From assembly GCA_944375905.1 (NCBI GenBank), contig CALWAS010000009.1:78-64077 (forward strand): a stretch of DNA of 64,000 nucleotides, given 5' to 3'. The stretch comes from an uncultured Bacilli bacterium. GTDB taxonomy: Bacteria; Bacillota_I; Bacilli_A; RFN20; CAG-826. Position numbers and translations under genes: made by a program. Position 1 is the first letter of the stretch; every line of letters starts with the position of its first letter. The notes under the pieces were generated by a model. It was not told where the DNA came from. It did no database searches and was given only the letters and a program-made list of their open reading frames with translations. Positions 17,904 to 29,557 of this stretch are shown in pieces.

Positions 17904-20272
17904 TGGAATACATTTCGCTCTCCGTCCATGGCCTCGTCGACGATCTTTTTCGCGTCGGCGACATCGATTCGCGCGTCTTCAATGGCGACACGATGCAGGA
18001 AGGAACGCGTCTCCACGGGATGGTCCAGCGTTCCATCGGCGTCGGATATAGAAGCGAGGTGTTGGCCGAGGGCGATATCGAGGAAGGCGAATTTCTCCTT
18101 CACCTCCATGGCAGGGCGGATCTCGTCTTCGACCAAAACGGCGTTTTCCGGGTCGAGGAAATAAAGTCGACGGTCGACGATCTCGAGCATTTTCACGAGG
18201 AAAACGAAAAATGGCATCTCGCCCAGGCCATCTGCTATGCCTATCTCCTTTCCAAGGAAGGAAAGAAGGAAAAGGCCGACATCCGCCTTTATTACCTTTC
18301 CCAAAAGGACGGCAGCACCCTCTTCAAGGACTATTCGTTTTCCTTTGGGGAACTCGAAAGGGAAGTCCGCTCCTATGCCGGGCTTTTTGCCGGAAGGGAA
18401 AGGAGCCGGCGTGCGCATCGTTCGGAAAGAGATGCCTCGCTCGCCGCTCTTCCTTTTCCGTATTCGCGGAAGCGACCCGGGCAAGAAAGGATGGAGGAAG
18501 CCGTCGAAGCGGCCATCGAAGGGGGATCGTGTGCCTTCATCGAGGCCCCGACTGGCATAGGGAAGACGATCTCGAGTCTATTTCCGTCCCTCAAGGCGTT
18601 TCCGAAGAACGGGATAAAGAAAATTTTCTACCTGACTGCCAAGCAAAGCGGGCAGGCTAGCGCCGCATCGGCCTTGCGCCTTCTCCAGGAAATGGGAGCC
18701 AAGCTCTCCTATTCAAAGCTCGACAGTAAGGAGAGGATGTGCCGGGTTCCAGGCGCCAACTGCAATCCGGACGAGTGCCCGTTTGCCAAGGGGTATTACG
18801 GAAAGCTTCCGGCCGCCCGGGAGGCGGCAAGATCCTTCGATGGCCGCTTGGACCGCGAGGCCATCGACGAAATCGCCGGCGGCCTCGATATGTGTCCCTT
18901 TGAACTTCAGCTTGACCTTAGCGAGGATAGCGATGTCATCGTCGGGGACTACAACTACCTTTTCGATCCCCTCGTTGCCCTCGAACGCTACTTTTCCGAC
19001 GATGGATTCGGCGAGCAAGGCGATTACGTGGCATTGGTCGACGAGGCGCACAATCTCGTCGAAAGGGGCAGGGACATCTACGGCGCCCTTTTTTCCTTCT
19101 CTGAAGTCAAGGCGGCATATGACGACCTGCTGATGGCATCGGCAAGGAAGGCCCGCATCAAGGGAACGAAGGCCTTCCTGGACGCCCTCGAGGAGGCTGG
19201 CGACTCATTGCTCCCCGGCGATTCTTTTCTCGATTACGAGTCGCTTCCAGCCTCTTTGGACAAGGCGATTCAAGGGCTCGTCGAAGCCGAGCGCTCGATA
19301 GCCGCCTCCAACCTCAAGAAAGCCGGCAAGCCAGCCAAAAGGAAGCCGCTTCCGCCTTCCTACCGCTCGTTTTTGAGGAAGGTACGCCGCGCTTCCTATC
19401 TTTTGGAAAACGTCGCCGGGCTCAATTTCTTCATAAGCAAGGAAGACGGAGATCTTTCCTTGAGGCTAATGAAGCTCGACCCCTCATCGCTACTTGAAGC
19501 GACCGTCGAGAAACTTCGGAGCGTCGTTTTCTTCTCGGCCACTTTCTCGCCTATCGATTACTACATGAACGCCATTCTCGGCAGGAAGGGCGAAAGCCTC
19601 GTCCTCCCTTCTCCTTTTCCGCGCGAGAATTTTTATCTGGCCGTCGCTCCCGTCTCGACGAGATATCGCGACCGCGAGCGAACCTACCCATACGTTGCCG
19701 CCTATCTTTCGCGGTTCGTGAAGGAAAAGCGGGGGAATTGCTTCCTCTTTTTCCCGAGCTACGGGTACCTTAGGACCATACGCCCATATCTGGACTTGGG
19801 GGACATCCCCGTTTACGAGCAGGAAAAAGGAATGAGCAGCGCCCGGCGCGAAGAGTTCCTTTCGCATTTCCAAATCGGAGGGGAAGGAGTCGGGCTTCTC
19901 GTCCTTGGCGGGCCCTTTGCCGAAGGAATCGACCTAGCGGACGAACGCCTCGGTGCCGTGGCGGTCGTCGGGGTCGGCTTTCCGCAGGTATCCCACGAAC
20001 GCGATCTCATACGCTCTAGCCGCCTCGATCCGCGGGAAGGCTATCTCTTCGCCTACGTTTACCCTGGGATAAACAAGGTCATGCAGGCGATGGGCCGGCT
20101 CATAAGGAGCGAGAAGGACGTCGGCGCCTTCCTTCTCATCGACGACCGTTACCGGGGAAGGGACTATTCCTCGCTTTTCTCCGGGGCATACCGCAATCCG
20201 CTTTTCGCTTCGTCCCCGGAAGCGATGGAACGCACGCTAGCTTCCTTCCTCAAGAAGGAAAAGAAGGTATAA
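17903..20272 (+). CDS. PD-(D/E)XK nuclease domain fused to DinG/XPD-type Fe-S DNA helicase
   Basis: N-terminal GRADLV, VEEIKS and AQAICY (RecB/Cas4-type D, ExK, QxxxY). Helicase motif I APTGIGKT and DEAH box VDEAHNL. Four Cys ([13 protein letters not shown] ... MCPFE) fit an Fe-S insertion. Confidence 0.82.
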   Translation: MEYISLSVHGLVDDLFRVGDIDSRVFNGDTMQEGTRLHGMVQRSIGVGYRSEVLAEGDIEEGEFLLHLHGRADLVFDQNGVFRVEEIKSTVDDLEHFHEENEKWHLAQAICYAYLLSKEGKKEKADIRLYYLSQKDGSTLFKDYSFSFGELEREVRSYAGLFAGRERSRRAHRSERDASLAALPFPYSRKRPGQERMEEAVEAAIEGGSCAFIEAPTGIGKTISSLFPSLKAFPKNGIKKIFYLTAKQSGQASAASALRLLQEMGAKLSYSKLDSKERMCRVPGANCNPDECPFAKGYYGKLPAAREAARSFDGRLDREAIDEIAGGLDMCPFELQLDLSEDSDVIVGDYNYLFDPLVALERYFSDDGFGEQGDYVALVDEAHNLVERGRDIYGALFSFSEVKAAYDDLLMASARKARIKGTKAFLDALEEAGDSLLPGDSFLDYESLPASLDKAIQGLVEAERSIAASNLKKAGKPAKRKPLPPSYRSFLRKVRRASYLLENVAGLNFFISKEDGDLSLRLMKLDPSSLLEATVEKLRSVVFFSATFSPIDYYMNAILGRKGESLVLPSPFPRENFYLAVAPVSTRYRDRERTYPYVAAYLSRFVKEKRGNCFLFFPSYGYLRTIRPYLDLGDIPVYEQEKGMSSARREEFLSHFQIGGEGVGLLVLGGPFAEGIDLADERLGAVAVVGVGFPQVSHERDLIRSSRLDPREGYLFAYVYPGINKVMQAMGRLIRSEKDVGAFLLIDDRYRGRDYSSLFSGAYRNPLFASSPEAMERTLASFLKKEKKV

Positions 20273-20280
20273 TTCCCCGG

Positions 20281-22095
20281 ATGCCCTACAAGAAAAGCCT
20301 CATTCGCAATTTCTCCGTCGTCGCCCATATCGACCATGGGAAAAGCACTTTCTGCGACCGGATCCTTGAATTGACCGGGGCCGTGGAAGCCCGCAATTTC
20401 CATAGCCAGTTCCTAGACGACATGCCCCTCGAGCAAGAACGGGGGATTACCATAAAGCTTAACGCGGTCACCGTTTCCTACAAAAGCAAGGACGGGAACG
20501 AGTACCTTTTCAATTTGATAGACACTCCCGGGCATGTCGACTTCTCGTATGAAGTCAGCCGTTCCCTCGCCGCCTGCGAGGGCGCCATTTTGCTCGTCGA
20601 CGCCACCCAGGGCGTCGAAGCCCAGACGATGTCGAACGCTTACCTCGCCATCGACAACGACCTCATGATCGTGCCAGTAATAAACAAATGCGATCTGCCG
20701 AGTGCCCGCCCGGAAGAAGCCAAACGCGAGGTCGAGGACCGAATCGGCATTTCGACCGCCGATTGCGTCGAATGCTCGGCCAAGACCGGGATGGGGGTTC
20801 GCGATGCCCTCGAGAAGGTAGTCGAACTCGTTCCTCCGCCCGAAGGCGATCCCGAAGCGCCGCTCAAAGCCCTTATTTTCGACAGTTACTACGATTCCTA
20901 TCGCGGCGTCGTCGTCCTCGTCCGGATCAAGGAAGGAACGGTCAAAGTGGGGGATGAGATCCTTCTTATGGCCGCCAACAAGAAGTACTTGGTCACGGAG
21001 GTCGGCATCCGCACCCCGAAGGAACGCCCGACGGGCGAGCTTTCGGCCGGCGAAGTCGGTTATCTTGCCGCTGGGGTCAAGGATATCAAGGATGTCTTCC
21101 CGGGCGAGACCATTACCTCGGCGGCCAATCCCTGCGACAAGCCGCTTCCCGGCTATCGCCACATCAATCCGATGGTCTATTGCGGGCTTTATCCGGTCGA
21201 TACGAGGAAATACGAGGACCTCAAGGAAGCGCTCGGAAAGCTTTCGCTCAACGATGCCTCCCTCGTCTACGAACCCGAAAGCTCGAAGGCCCTTGGCTTC
21301 GGCTTCCGCTGTGGCTTCCTCGGCCTGCTCCACATGGACGTCATTCAAGAGCGGCTCGAGCGCGAGTACGGGCTCGACCTCATCCTCACGGCTCCTTCCG
21401 TTTCCTATCGGGCCAAGGTGCAGGGCGGGGAAACCATCGAGGTTTCCAATCCGTCCGAGATGCCGGCCCCGCAGTCCCTCGTCTCCATTAGCGAGCCTTA
21501 CGTCGACGCCTCGATCATCGCCCCGAAATCGTATGTCGGGCCGGTCATGGAGCTTTGCACCAATCGGCGCGGAATATACCAAGACATCGTTTTCCACGAG
21601 GAAGACCGGGTGGAAATCCGCTACTCGATGCCGCTAAGCGAAATCGTGTTCAATTTCTTCGATGCCCTGAAGGGCTCGACGAAAGGATATGCGTCGCTCG
21701 ACTATGAGTTCTCCGATTACCGGGAAAGCGACCTTGCCAAGATGGACATCCTTCTCAACGGCGAAGTAATCGATGCCCTTTCCTCCATCGTCTACCGGCC
21801 CGATGCCTATAAGCGGGGGCTTGCTCTCGTCAGCAAACTGAAAACGATCATCCCGAAGCAGCTTTTCGAAATACCGATCCAGGCGGCGATCAACGGGAAA
21901 GTGGTGGCCCGGGCCGACGTCAAGAGCGTCCGCAAGGACGTTCTCGCCAAATGCTACGGAGGCGACATCTCGAGGAAGAAGAAACTTCTCGAAAAGCAGA
22001 AGGAAGGCAAGAAGAGGATGAAGGCCATCGGGAGCGTCGAGGTTCCCCAGGAAGCATTCATGGCCGTTCTGTCTATTGACGAAAAAGACGAGTAG
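20281..22095 (+). CDS. lepA: translation elongation factor 4
   Basis: 604 aa. [21 protein letters not shown]. LepA C-terminal domain. Confidence 0.95.
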   Translation: MPYKKSLIRNFSVVAHIDHGKSTFCDRILELTGAVEARNFHSQFLDDMPLEQERGITIKLNAVTVSYKSKDGNEYLFNLIDTPGHVDFSYEVSRSLAACEGAILLVDATQGVEAQTMSNAYLAIDNDLMIVPVINKCDLPSARPEEAKREVEDRIGISTADCVECSAKTGMGVRDALEKVVELVPPPEGDPEAPLKALIFDSYYDSYRGVVVLVRIKEGTVKVGDEILLMAANKKYLVTEVGIRTPKERPTGELSAGEVGYLAAGVKDIKDVFPGETITSAANPCDKPLPGYRHINPMVYCGLYPVDTRKYEDLKEALGKLSLNDASLVYEPESSKALGFGFRCGFLGLLHMDVIQERLEREYGLDLILTAPSVSYRAKVQGGETIEVSNPSEMPAPQSLVSISEPYVDASIIAPKSYVGPVMELCTNRRGIYQDIVFHEEDRVEIRYSMPLSEIVFNFFDALKGSTKGYASLDYEFSDYRESDLAKMDILLNGEVIDALSSIVYRPDAYKRGLALVSKLKTIIPKQLFEIPIQAAINGKVVARADVKSVRKDVLAKCYGGDISRKKKLLEKQKEGKKRMKAIGSVEVPQEAFMAVLSIDEKDE

Positions 22096-22132
22096 CAATC
22101 GATATTTGTAGACTTTTTTAGTAGTTTTATAG

Positions 22133-22161
22133 TTGTATAGTGGTAATTTTGCCAATATACT
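22133..22161 (+). promoter_or_regulatory. sigma-A type promoter, apparently leaderless
   Basis: TTGTAT(22133-38)-17 nt-TATACT(22156-61), then 6 nt to ATG 22168. No SD. Sits in an AT-rich 70-nt gap. Confidence 0.55.
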
Positions 22162-22167
22162 TTCTGC

Positions 22168-23973
22168 ATGGATAACAACGATGTGATTGCCCGGAGGTAC
22201 ACGGACGAGAAGTACCTTTCGAAGACCGGCCTTCAGCAAGAGATGGGGACTGGCCTCGTCGATCCGTTCTGGAATGCCATCAGGGCGTATCGGAAGGACT
22301 TCGAGGTAGGCCTTCCTTTCCACGGAATCGGAAGAAGCCCGCTCCATTACGTCGAGACGACGACGATAAGAGAGCGCCTTTCCTCGTTCTCGAAGCGGCT
22401 CGACCTCTTCCTCGACAAGCTGGCGAACCTCTTGGCCGGAAGCGACGGCCGCTCGATCAGGAGCATGCTCCTCTATCAGTGCCTCAAGGCAATCGACATC
22501 GACGGGAACTTCCAGATGGCCGACCGCTCCATCAAAGCGCTATTGAGCGGCACCTACGACGAAGACCAGCCCTTCCACGAGCCTCTCATCAATTACCATG
22601 CCTACCTGAGGAGCCTTTTCTCCGAAGGATCGGGCGATTTGAAAAGCGAGGATTTCCTTGCCCATTCCTATGGAATCATCCGCGGGGAGGGCGATGACTT
22701 GACCGAGTTCTACCGGAACCGCGAGCTCGATTCCTCCGTTAGCAAGATCCGTTTCCTCCGCGATGCCGTCTATCCATCGGCGCCGCTTAACGAAGTCGAT
22801 TCCCTCATGGGAGCCTTCTTGCCCTATGTCGATTCAAGCGATGCGACGCCTTTCGTGAAGGCGGTCTTCTCGCTTTATTTCCTTACCTACGTCCGACCCT
22901 TCGACGCCGACTACAACGGGATGATGGCCGCCCTTCTTTTCAAAAAGGAGTACGCGGACGGATGCAAGAAGCCGGCCGCCTATTACTTCCCGTTCGAGCG
23001 GCTGCTCATCCCCGGGGCGAGCCTCGAGCCGAATGCCCGATCCGCCTCATCCGTCGGCGAAGGGAAAAAGCGCGAGCAGCTCAAGAAGGAAGTCCAGCGG
23101 TCCGGCGATCTGACCTACGTCCTCTTCGACGCCCTCGATAGCATCGCCAAGCTCATCGACGAAATCGACGACGCCGTCAATTCGATCCGGCTCGAGGCCC
23201 TTCGCGAGGAGCATCGGATGCCCGAGGAGGAAAAGGCGGCGATCAAGGAAAGCGGCGCCTTCTACCGCGAAGCCAAAAGGCAGGAGACGAAAGCCGAAAC
23301 CCCGCTGGCCCCGTCTCCCGTCCTAGACAAGGCGGAAGCCCAACCGGTTGCGGATAGGCCCGACCGGGCGGACGAGGCCCCGCGCTTCCACAAGGAGGAA
23401 ATCGAGCTTCCGCCCGTCGCCCCGGTCACCCCGATTGCCGTCGAGGAGGAAACTGCCGCCGAGCCGCCATCGATAGAAGAAGCGGAAACGGAGGCCCCGG
23501 CGGAAGAAAGGAAAGAAGAGCCGATTACGTCCGCCTCGCCATTTTCTTCCGAAGAAGGCGAGACAGAAGAAGAGGAAGAAGCGGCAGATGTGCCCGCCGA
23601 CGAGGCGAAGGCCGAGAAAAAGCCTTCCGTTGCTCCCAAGCGGATCATCGACCCGAGCGAACTCGCCGGGACGAAGAGCCTCAGCCTCGAGCCCCAGCGC
23701 TTAAGCGAGCGCGAGGCAAGGGAATACGTCCTTTACCTCCTGGAAACGAATCCCTCGCTCAACAAGAAGCAAGCCTCTTTCCTGGCTTCCCACTGCACGA
23801 TGGGCCGCTATTACACCATCCAGAATTTCAAGACTTACGCCAAGGTCGCCTACGAGACGGCCCGGACGTCGATGGACAAGCTTGCCTCGCTTGGCTATTA
23901 CGAAAAACTGCAAGTCAAGAACAAATTCGTCTATACTCCCGTTTTGAAAGGCAGGTCCAAAGCAAATGGATAA
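22168..23973 (+). CDS. hypothetical protein: degenerate Fic-like domain, about 140-aa acidic/Pro-rich disordered linker, C-terminal winged-helix-like domain
   Basis: 601 aa. The segment FVKAVFSLYFLTYVRPFDADYNGMMAALLF resembles the Fic core (HPFxDGNGRxxR), but His and both Arg are replaced. E/P/A-rich region about aa 370-510. C-terminal end LSEREAREYVLYLLE...YETARTSMDKLASLGYYEK looks wHTH-like. Confidence 0.55.
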   Translation: MDNNDVIARRYTDEKYLSKTGLQQEMGTGLVDPFWNAIRAYRKDFEVGLPFHGIGRSPLHYVETTTIRERLSSFSKRLDLFLDKLANLLAGSDGRSIRSMLLYQCLKAIDIDGNFQMADRSIKALLSGTYDEDQPFHEPLINYHAYLRSLFSEGSGDLKSEDFLAHSYGIIRGEGDDLTEFYRNRELDSSVSKIRFLRDAVYPSAPLNEVDSLMGAFLPYVDSSDATPFVKAVFSLYFLTYVRPFDADYNGMMAALLFKKEYADGCKKPAAYYFPFERLLIPGASLEPNARSASSVGEGKKREQLKKEVQRSGDLTYVLFDALDSIAKLIDEIDDAVNSIRLEALREEHRMPEEEKAAIKESGAFYREAKRQETKAETPLAPSPVLDKAEAQPVADRPDRADEAPRFHKEEIELPPVAPVTPIAVEEETAAEPPSIEEAETEAPAEERKEEPITSASPFSSEEGETEEEEEAADVPADEAKAEKKPSVAPKRIIDPSELAGTKSLSLEPQRLSEREAREYVLYLLETNPSLNKKQASFLASHCTMGRYYTIQNFKTYAKVAYETARTSMDKLASLGYYEKLQVKNKFVYTPVLKGRSKANG

Positions 23974-24367
23974 CCCTCTTATAATCGTCGTGTTGATCGT
24001 CGCCATCTTCGGCGTTGTCGTATTGGCCGTCATTCTCATGAAGAAGTACGTTCCTTTCTTCAAGAGCGACGAAAAGCCAAAGACCCCGGAGGAAATCGCG
24101 GCCGAGGAAGTCAAACGCCTCGTCGTCGACCCCGAGGAGGAAGAGAAGAAGAAGGAAATGGAAACCCTCGACAAGGCTTCCGAGGAACTCAGGGAAGACA
24201 TCGACGAGCGGGCCAAGGACTACAGCGAGGAAGAACTCGCGCGCAGCATCCGCCCGGTCGAGGACCAAGCGGCCGCGGAGGCGATGGAACGCTATGCCGC
24301 CGAGCACCCGGAGGAGAGCGAAGCCGCCATCGAGGCCCAGAAGAAGGCCGAAGGTGAAGACCGCTAA
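23966..24367 (+). CDS. single-pass membrane protein with long acidic cytoplasmic tail
   Basis: 133 aa. N-terminal TM helix IIVVLIVAIFGVVVLAVIL, then a Glu/Lys-rich tail. 8-nt overlap with the upstream gene. Confidence 0.6.
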   Translation: MDNPLIIVVLIVAIFGVVVLAVILMKKYVPFFKSDEKPKTPEEIAAEEVKRLVVDPEEEEKKKEMETLDKASEELREDIDERAKDYSEEELARSIRPVEDQAAAEAMERYAAEHPEESEAAIEAQKKAEGEDR

Positions 24368-25457
24368 GCCCCTTTCCATTTACGTCCATCTTCCTTTCTG
24401 CGCCTCGCTTTGCGCCTATTGCTCCTTCCCGCGGCTCGTTTACCGCGAGGAGTGGGCCGAGCTTTACCTAAGGAAGATCGAAAGCGACCTCGAAGCCTTC
24501 GAGCCGGGGTCTTTTCTTACGGCCTACGTCGGCGGAGGGACGCCATCCGCCCTTCCAAACGGCCTATTGGCGCCTTTTTTGTCGAAGCTCAGGCCGCTTT
24601 TGAAGGAGGGGGCCGAGTTCAGCTTCGAGGCAAATCCGGAAGACATCGACGGCGAAAAGGCCGCCCTTTTATCCTCTTGCGGGGTGAGCCGCGTGTCGAT
24701 GGGCATGGAAACGAGCCGCGAGGAAGCCCTCGCCTTCCTCGGCCGGCGGGCCGATCCGAAGGCGACGGCAAAAGCCGTCGAATGCCTCCGCTCGGCCGGG
24801 ATCGAAAACGTGAGTCTCGACCTCATCTATGGCTTGCCGGGCGAGACGCTCGACGAAGTGAGGTCCGACATCGAGGCCCTTTTGGCCATTCGCCCAAGCC
24901 ACTTCTCGACCTATTCGCTCGAAATAAACCCCGGGAGCCGCCTATCCGCCCGCGGGTACGAAGAAGCGCCCGACGACGTGCTTTCGGAACAGCTCGAACT
25001 CATCAAGGAAGAGGGAAGGAAGCGGGGGTTTAGGCGCTATGAGGTCTCGTCCTTCGCCCTTCCCGGATTCGAGTGCGTCCACAACAAGACCTATTGGAAA
25101 GACGAGGAATACGTCGGCATCGGGATGGGGGCGGCCGGTTACGAGAACGGGATAAGGTATCGAAACTCGCCCTTTTTCGTCCCGTTCCTCGAAGGAAAGG
25201 GCCGGGAGGAGGAAAAGGTGGAAGGCAATTCGGCCATCGAGTACTACCTCCTTACCAATCTGAGGCTGAGCGACGGCTTCCTAGCGTCCGACTTCGAGGC
25301 GAAATTCGGCGTTCCCTTCCTCGAACGGTTCGGGAAGGCGGCCGATGCCTTGGCCAAGGCGGGCCTATTGGAAACGGGAAAGGGGCGCGTCGCCCCGACC
25401 GACCGGGGCCTCGACCTCCTAGACCGGATCCTCCTCGAACTGTACAATTCGCTTTGA
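24354..25457 (+). CDS. hemW: radical SAM heme chaperone HemW (HemN-like)
   Basis: LSIYVHLPFCASLCAYCSF radical SAM cluster and HemN C-terminal domain. Start placed at GTG 24354. ORF opens at 24294. Confidence 0.88.
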   Translation: MKTAKPLSIYVHLPFCASLCAYCSFPRLVYREEWAELYLRKIESDLEAFEPGSFLTAYVGGGTPSALPNGLLAPFLSKLRPLLKEGAEFSFEANPEDIDGEKAALLSSCGVSRVSMGMETSREEALAFLGRRADPKATAKAVECLRSAGIENVSLDLIYGLPGETLDEVRSDIEALLAIRPSHFSTYSLEINPGSRLSARGYEEAPDDVLSEQLELIKEEGRKRGFRRYEVSSFALPGFECVHNKTYWKDEEYVGIGMGAAGYENGIRYRNSPFFVPFLEGKGREEEKVEGNSAIEYYLLTNLRLSDGFLASDFEAKFGVPFLERFGKAADALAKAGLLETGKGRVAPTDRGLDLLDRILLELYNSL

Positions 25458-25862
25458 ATGAAGACAGCAAGCCTCAAGCGGCGCTTCGGCGCGGCCGCGA
25501 TCGACTTCTTACTGGAGCTCTCCCTCCTATCCGCCCTCCTCGTCCCGCTTTTCTTTTTCCTTCCCGAAGGCTTCGACCGCCTCCATCTCATCTGGATCGG
25601 CTTGCTATCGGCCTTCCTCATCTCCTTTCTATATTCCTTCGTCCTGCTTTCGTCGTTCGGGGCGACCGTGGGCTACCTTCTGCTCGGGCTTAGGGCAAGG
25701 ATGAAAAACGGCAGCCGCCTCGCCTGCCGGGCCGCCTTCCTGCGCTCGCTCGTCGCCTCGCTTTGGGCCGTCGAGATGGCGAGCGGCCTATCTGCCGTCT
25801 TCGCCCATAGCGAGTTCACGGCGGCCGAGAAGCTCAGCCTCTCACTAACTCTTCGAAAATAG
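25458..25862 (+). CDS. RDD-family membrane protein
   Basis: 134 aa. KRRFGAAAIDFLLE start typical of RDD domains. Three hydrophobic helices. Confidence 0.7.
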   Translation: MKTASLKRRFGAAAIDFLLELSLLSALLVPLFFFLPEGFDRLHLIWIGLLSAFLISFLYSFVLLSSFGATVGYLLLGLRARMKNGSRLACRAAFLRSLVASLWAVEMASGLSAVFAHSEFTAAEKLSLSLTLRK

Positions 25863-25883
25863 CCTAGAGGGATCTCTTCGCCA

Positions 25884-25906
25884 GGGGAGCGCGGCTCCTC
25901 TTTTTT
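25884..25906 (+). terminator. intrinsic terminator after RDD gene
   Basis: GGGGAGC-gcg-GCTCCTC followed by TTTTTT. Confidence 0.8.
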
Positions 25907-25908
25907 GG

Positions 25909-25934
25909 TAGCACTCATTTATTGACAGTGCTAA
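25909..25934 (+). promoter_or_regulatory. CIRCE operator (HrcA binding site)
   Basis: TAGCACTC-atttattga-CAGTGCTAA versus consensus TTAGCACTC-N9-GAGTGCTAA. Confidence 0.9.
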
Positions 25935-25949
25935 TCGGGTACCTATAAT
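25922..25949 (+). promoter_or_regulatory. hrcA operon promoter overlapping CIRCE
   Basis: TTGACA(25922-27)-16 nt-TATAAT(25944-49). SD AAAGGAGG precedes ATG 25996. Confidence 0.8.
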
Positions 25950-25995
25950 ATGGCTAGCACCCCGGAAAGGTGATTGCCAAAAAGGAGGTATTCGG

Positions 25996-27144
25996 ATGGT
26001 TCGGCGCGATATGATCCTGAAGCTCATAGTCGAGCGTTTCATCAAGACCTGCGAGCCGGTCGGTTCGGAGACCCTCAAGGAAATCTACCATCTCGAGGTG
26101 TCGTCCGCGACGATAAGGAGCGTGATGCTCGGCCTTGAAAAGGAAGGCTTCGTCGAGAAGCCGCACGCCTCAGGCGGGCGGGTCCCGACCGAAAAGGGCT
26201 ATCGCTACTACGTCGAGAACCTTCGCGACGAAGGAGTCGACCAGGCCGCCAAGAACGCGCTTCAGTGCGTCCTCGGGGCCAAGAGCCAGTCCGTCGAGGA
26301 AGTCATCAAGAACGCCTGCGAGATACTCTCGAACATGACGAGCCTCGCGAGCGCCGTCCTCGGCCAGGGGAGCGGGGAAGAGGAGCTTGCCTCCATCCAG
26401 CTCGTGCCCCTTGGCGGGAACGCGGCCTCGGCCGTCTTCGTGACCAACCAGGGATACGTCGAGCACAAGACCTTCATGATCGATGAAAAGCTCGGGGTCG
26501 ACAAAGTCGCGTCTTCCATGAAGGCCATCAGCGAGCGTTTGGTCGGTACGCCGATCGGAAAGCTCACCGGGAAGATGGAAGCCATGAAGCCGATCCTGAT
26601 CGAGTATCTGCTTGGCCAGGAGGTGCTCTACGACGCCATCTTCGCCGCTCTCTCGCAGCTTGCGACCGAGCGGGTCTCGGTATACGGGAAGGACGAGCTT
26701 CTCGCCCAGCCCGAATTCCAGGATCCGGCCCGCCTCCGCAAGATGGTCGAGGCCCTCGACAATCCGTCCGCCCTCATCGAGCAATTGGTGTCGGGTCGGA
26801 AGAAGAACGTCGACGGCGTCGAAATCGCGCTTGGTAAGGACGATCTCGAAGGCCTTGCCTTAGTGAGCGCCAACGTGGCGCTCCCGGGCAATCCCTCCGT
26901 GAGCCTTACCCTCCTCGGTCCCCAGAGGATGGATTACGCCAAGGCGATGAGCACCCTTCGCTACTTCGCGGAGCAACTCGATCGCTACTTCGGCATGAAA
27001 GGAGTCAAAGATCCGTGCCAGACAGCAAGCCAGAAGAAAGAAAGCCAGCCGCTCAGCCCGACGGGCAGCTCGACGAGGAAGACCAGCTCCTCGGCGAGGA
27101 AAGCCCAGACGCCAAGAAAGAAGAAGGCGTCGAGGAAAAGCTGA
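25996..27144 (+). CDS. hrcA: heat-inducible transcription repressor HrcA
   Basis: 382 aa. ILKLIVERFIKTCEPVGSETL N-terminal wHTH. HrcA-like up to about RYFAEQLDRYFG. The last roughly 40 aa are a basic tail read out of frame over grpE. Confidence 0.9.
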   Translation: MVRRDMILKLIVERFIKTCEPVGSETLKEIYHLEVSSATIRSVMLGLEKEGFVEKPHASGGRVPTEKGYRYYVENLRDEGVDQAAKNALQCVLGAKSQSVEEVIKNACEILSNMTSLASAVLGQGSGEEELASIQLVPLGGNAASAVFVTNQGYVEHKTFMIDEKLGVDKVASSMKAISERLVGTPIGKLTGKMEAMKPILIEYLLGQEVLYDAIFAALSQLATERVSVYGKDELLAQPEFQDPARLRKMVEALDNPSALIEQLVSGRKKNVDGVEIALGKDDLEGLALVSANVALPGNPSVSLTLLGPQRMDYAKAMSTLRYFAEQLDRYFGMKGVKDPCQTASQKKESQPLSPTGSSTRKTSSSARKAQTPRKKKASRKS

Positions 27145-27653
27145 AGAAAGCCGAAGAGGAAGCGGCGAAGTGGAAAAACGAGTACTACCGCGAACTCGCG
27201 GATACCCAGAACCTCCGCAAGTCGCTCGAGGAAGACTACCGTAACGCCATGCGCTACCGGAGCGAAGGCTTCCTCTCCTCGCTCATTCCGGCCCTCGACA
27301 GCTTCCACATCGCCCTCGAGGCGACCCCGAACGGGGAGGAAGCGAAGAACTACCGGGTCGGCTTCCAATACATCTACAACCAAATCAAGGCGACCCTCGA
27401 GCGGGAAGGGGTGAGCGAAATCGCCCCGAAGCCCGGCGAGAGCTACGACAGCGCCTCGATGCATGCCGTCGAGCTCGTCGAAGGCGGGGAAGAGGGCAAA
27501 GTCGCCCGCGTCCTAGCCAAGGGCTATCGCCTCTATGACAAAATGATCCGTCCGGCCATGGTCTCCGTCTATGGAAAGAAGGAGAGCAAGGCCGAAGAGA
27601 AGAAGCCGGAGCCAGAACAAGGCGAAGGCGATAACAAGGCCCATGAGGCCTAA
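27015..27653 (+). CDS. grpE: nucleotide exchange factor GrpE
   Basis: GTG 27015 with AAAGGAG 8 nt upstream. Acidic N-terminus, then KNEYYRELADTQNLRKS and a GrpE C-terminal beta domain. Confidence 0.9.
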   Translation: MPDSKPEERKPAAQPDGQLDEEDQLLGEESPDAKKEEGVEEKLKKAEEEAAKWKNEYYRELADTQNLRKSLEEDYRNAMRYRSEGFLSSLIPALDSFHIALEATPNGEEAKNYRVGFQYIYNQIKATLEREGVSEIAPKPGESYDSASMHAVELVEGGEEGKVARVLAKGYRLYDKMIRPAMVSVYGKKESKAEEKKPEPEQGEGDNKAHEA

Positions 27654-27671
27654 GGAAGGAGAACATCACTT

Positions 27672-29504
<1,833 letters not shown>

Positions 29505-29512
29505 GGCCTCTT

Positions 29513-29536
29513 GGGGGAGGGCGACCTCCCCCTTTT
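29513..29536 (+). terminator. hairpin/attenuator between dnaK and dnaJ
   Basis: GGGGGAGG-gcga-CCTCCCCC followed by TTTT. Confidence 0.65.
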
Positions 29537-29557
29537 CCCTGAAGTAAGGAGGACTTT

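Noticed and set aside
25950-25980. Possible second CIRCE half-site (TAGCACCC..GGTGATTGCC) downstream of the hrcA promoter
   Set aside because: Only the first 6-7 nt resemble CIRCE and the right arm does not match GAGTGCTAA. This is too weak to call.
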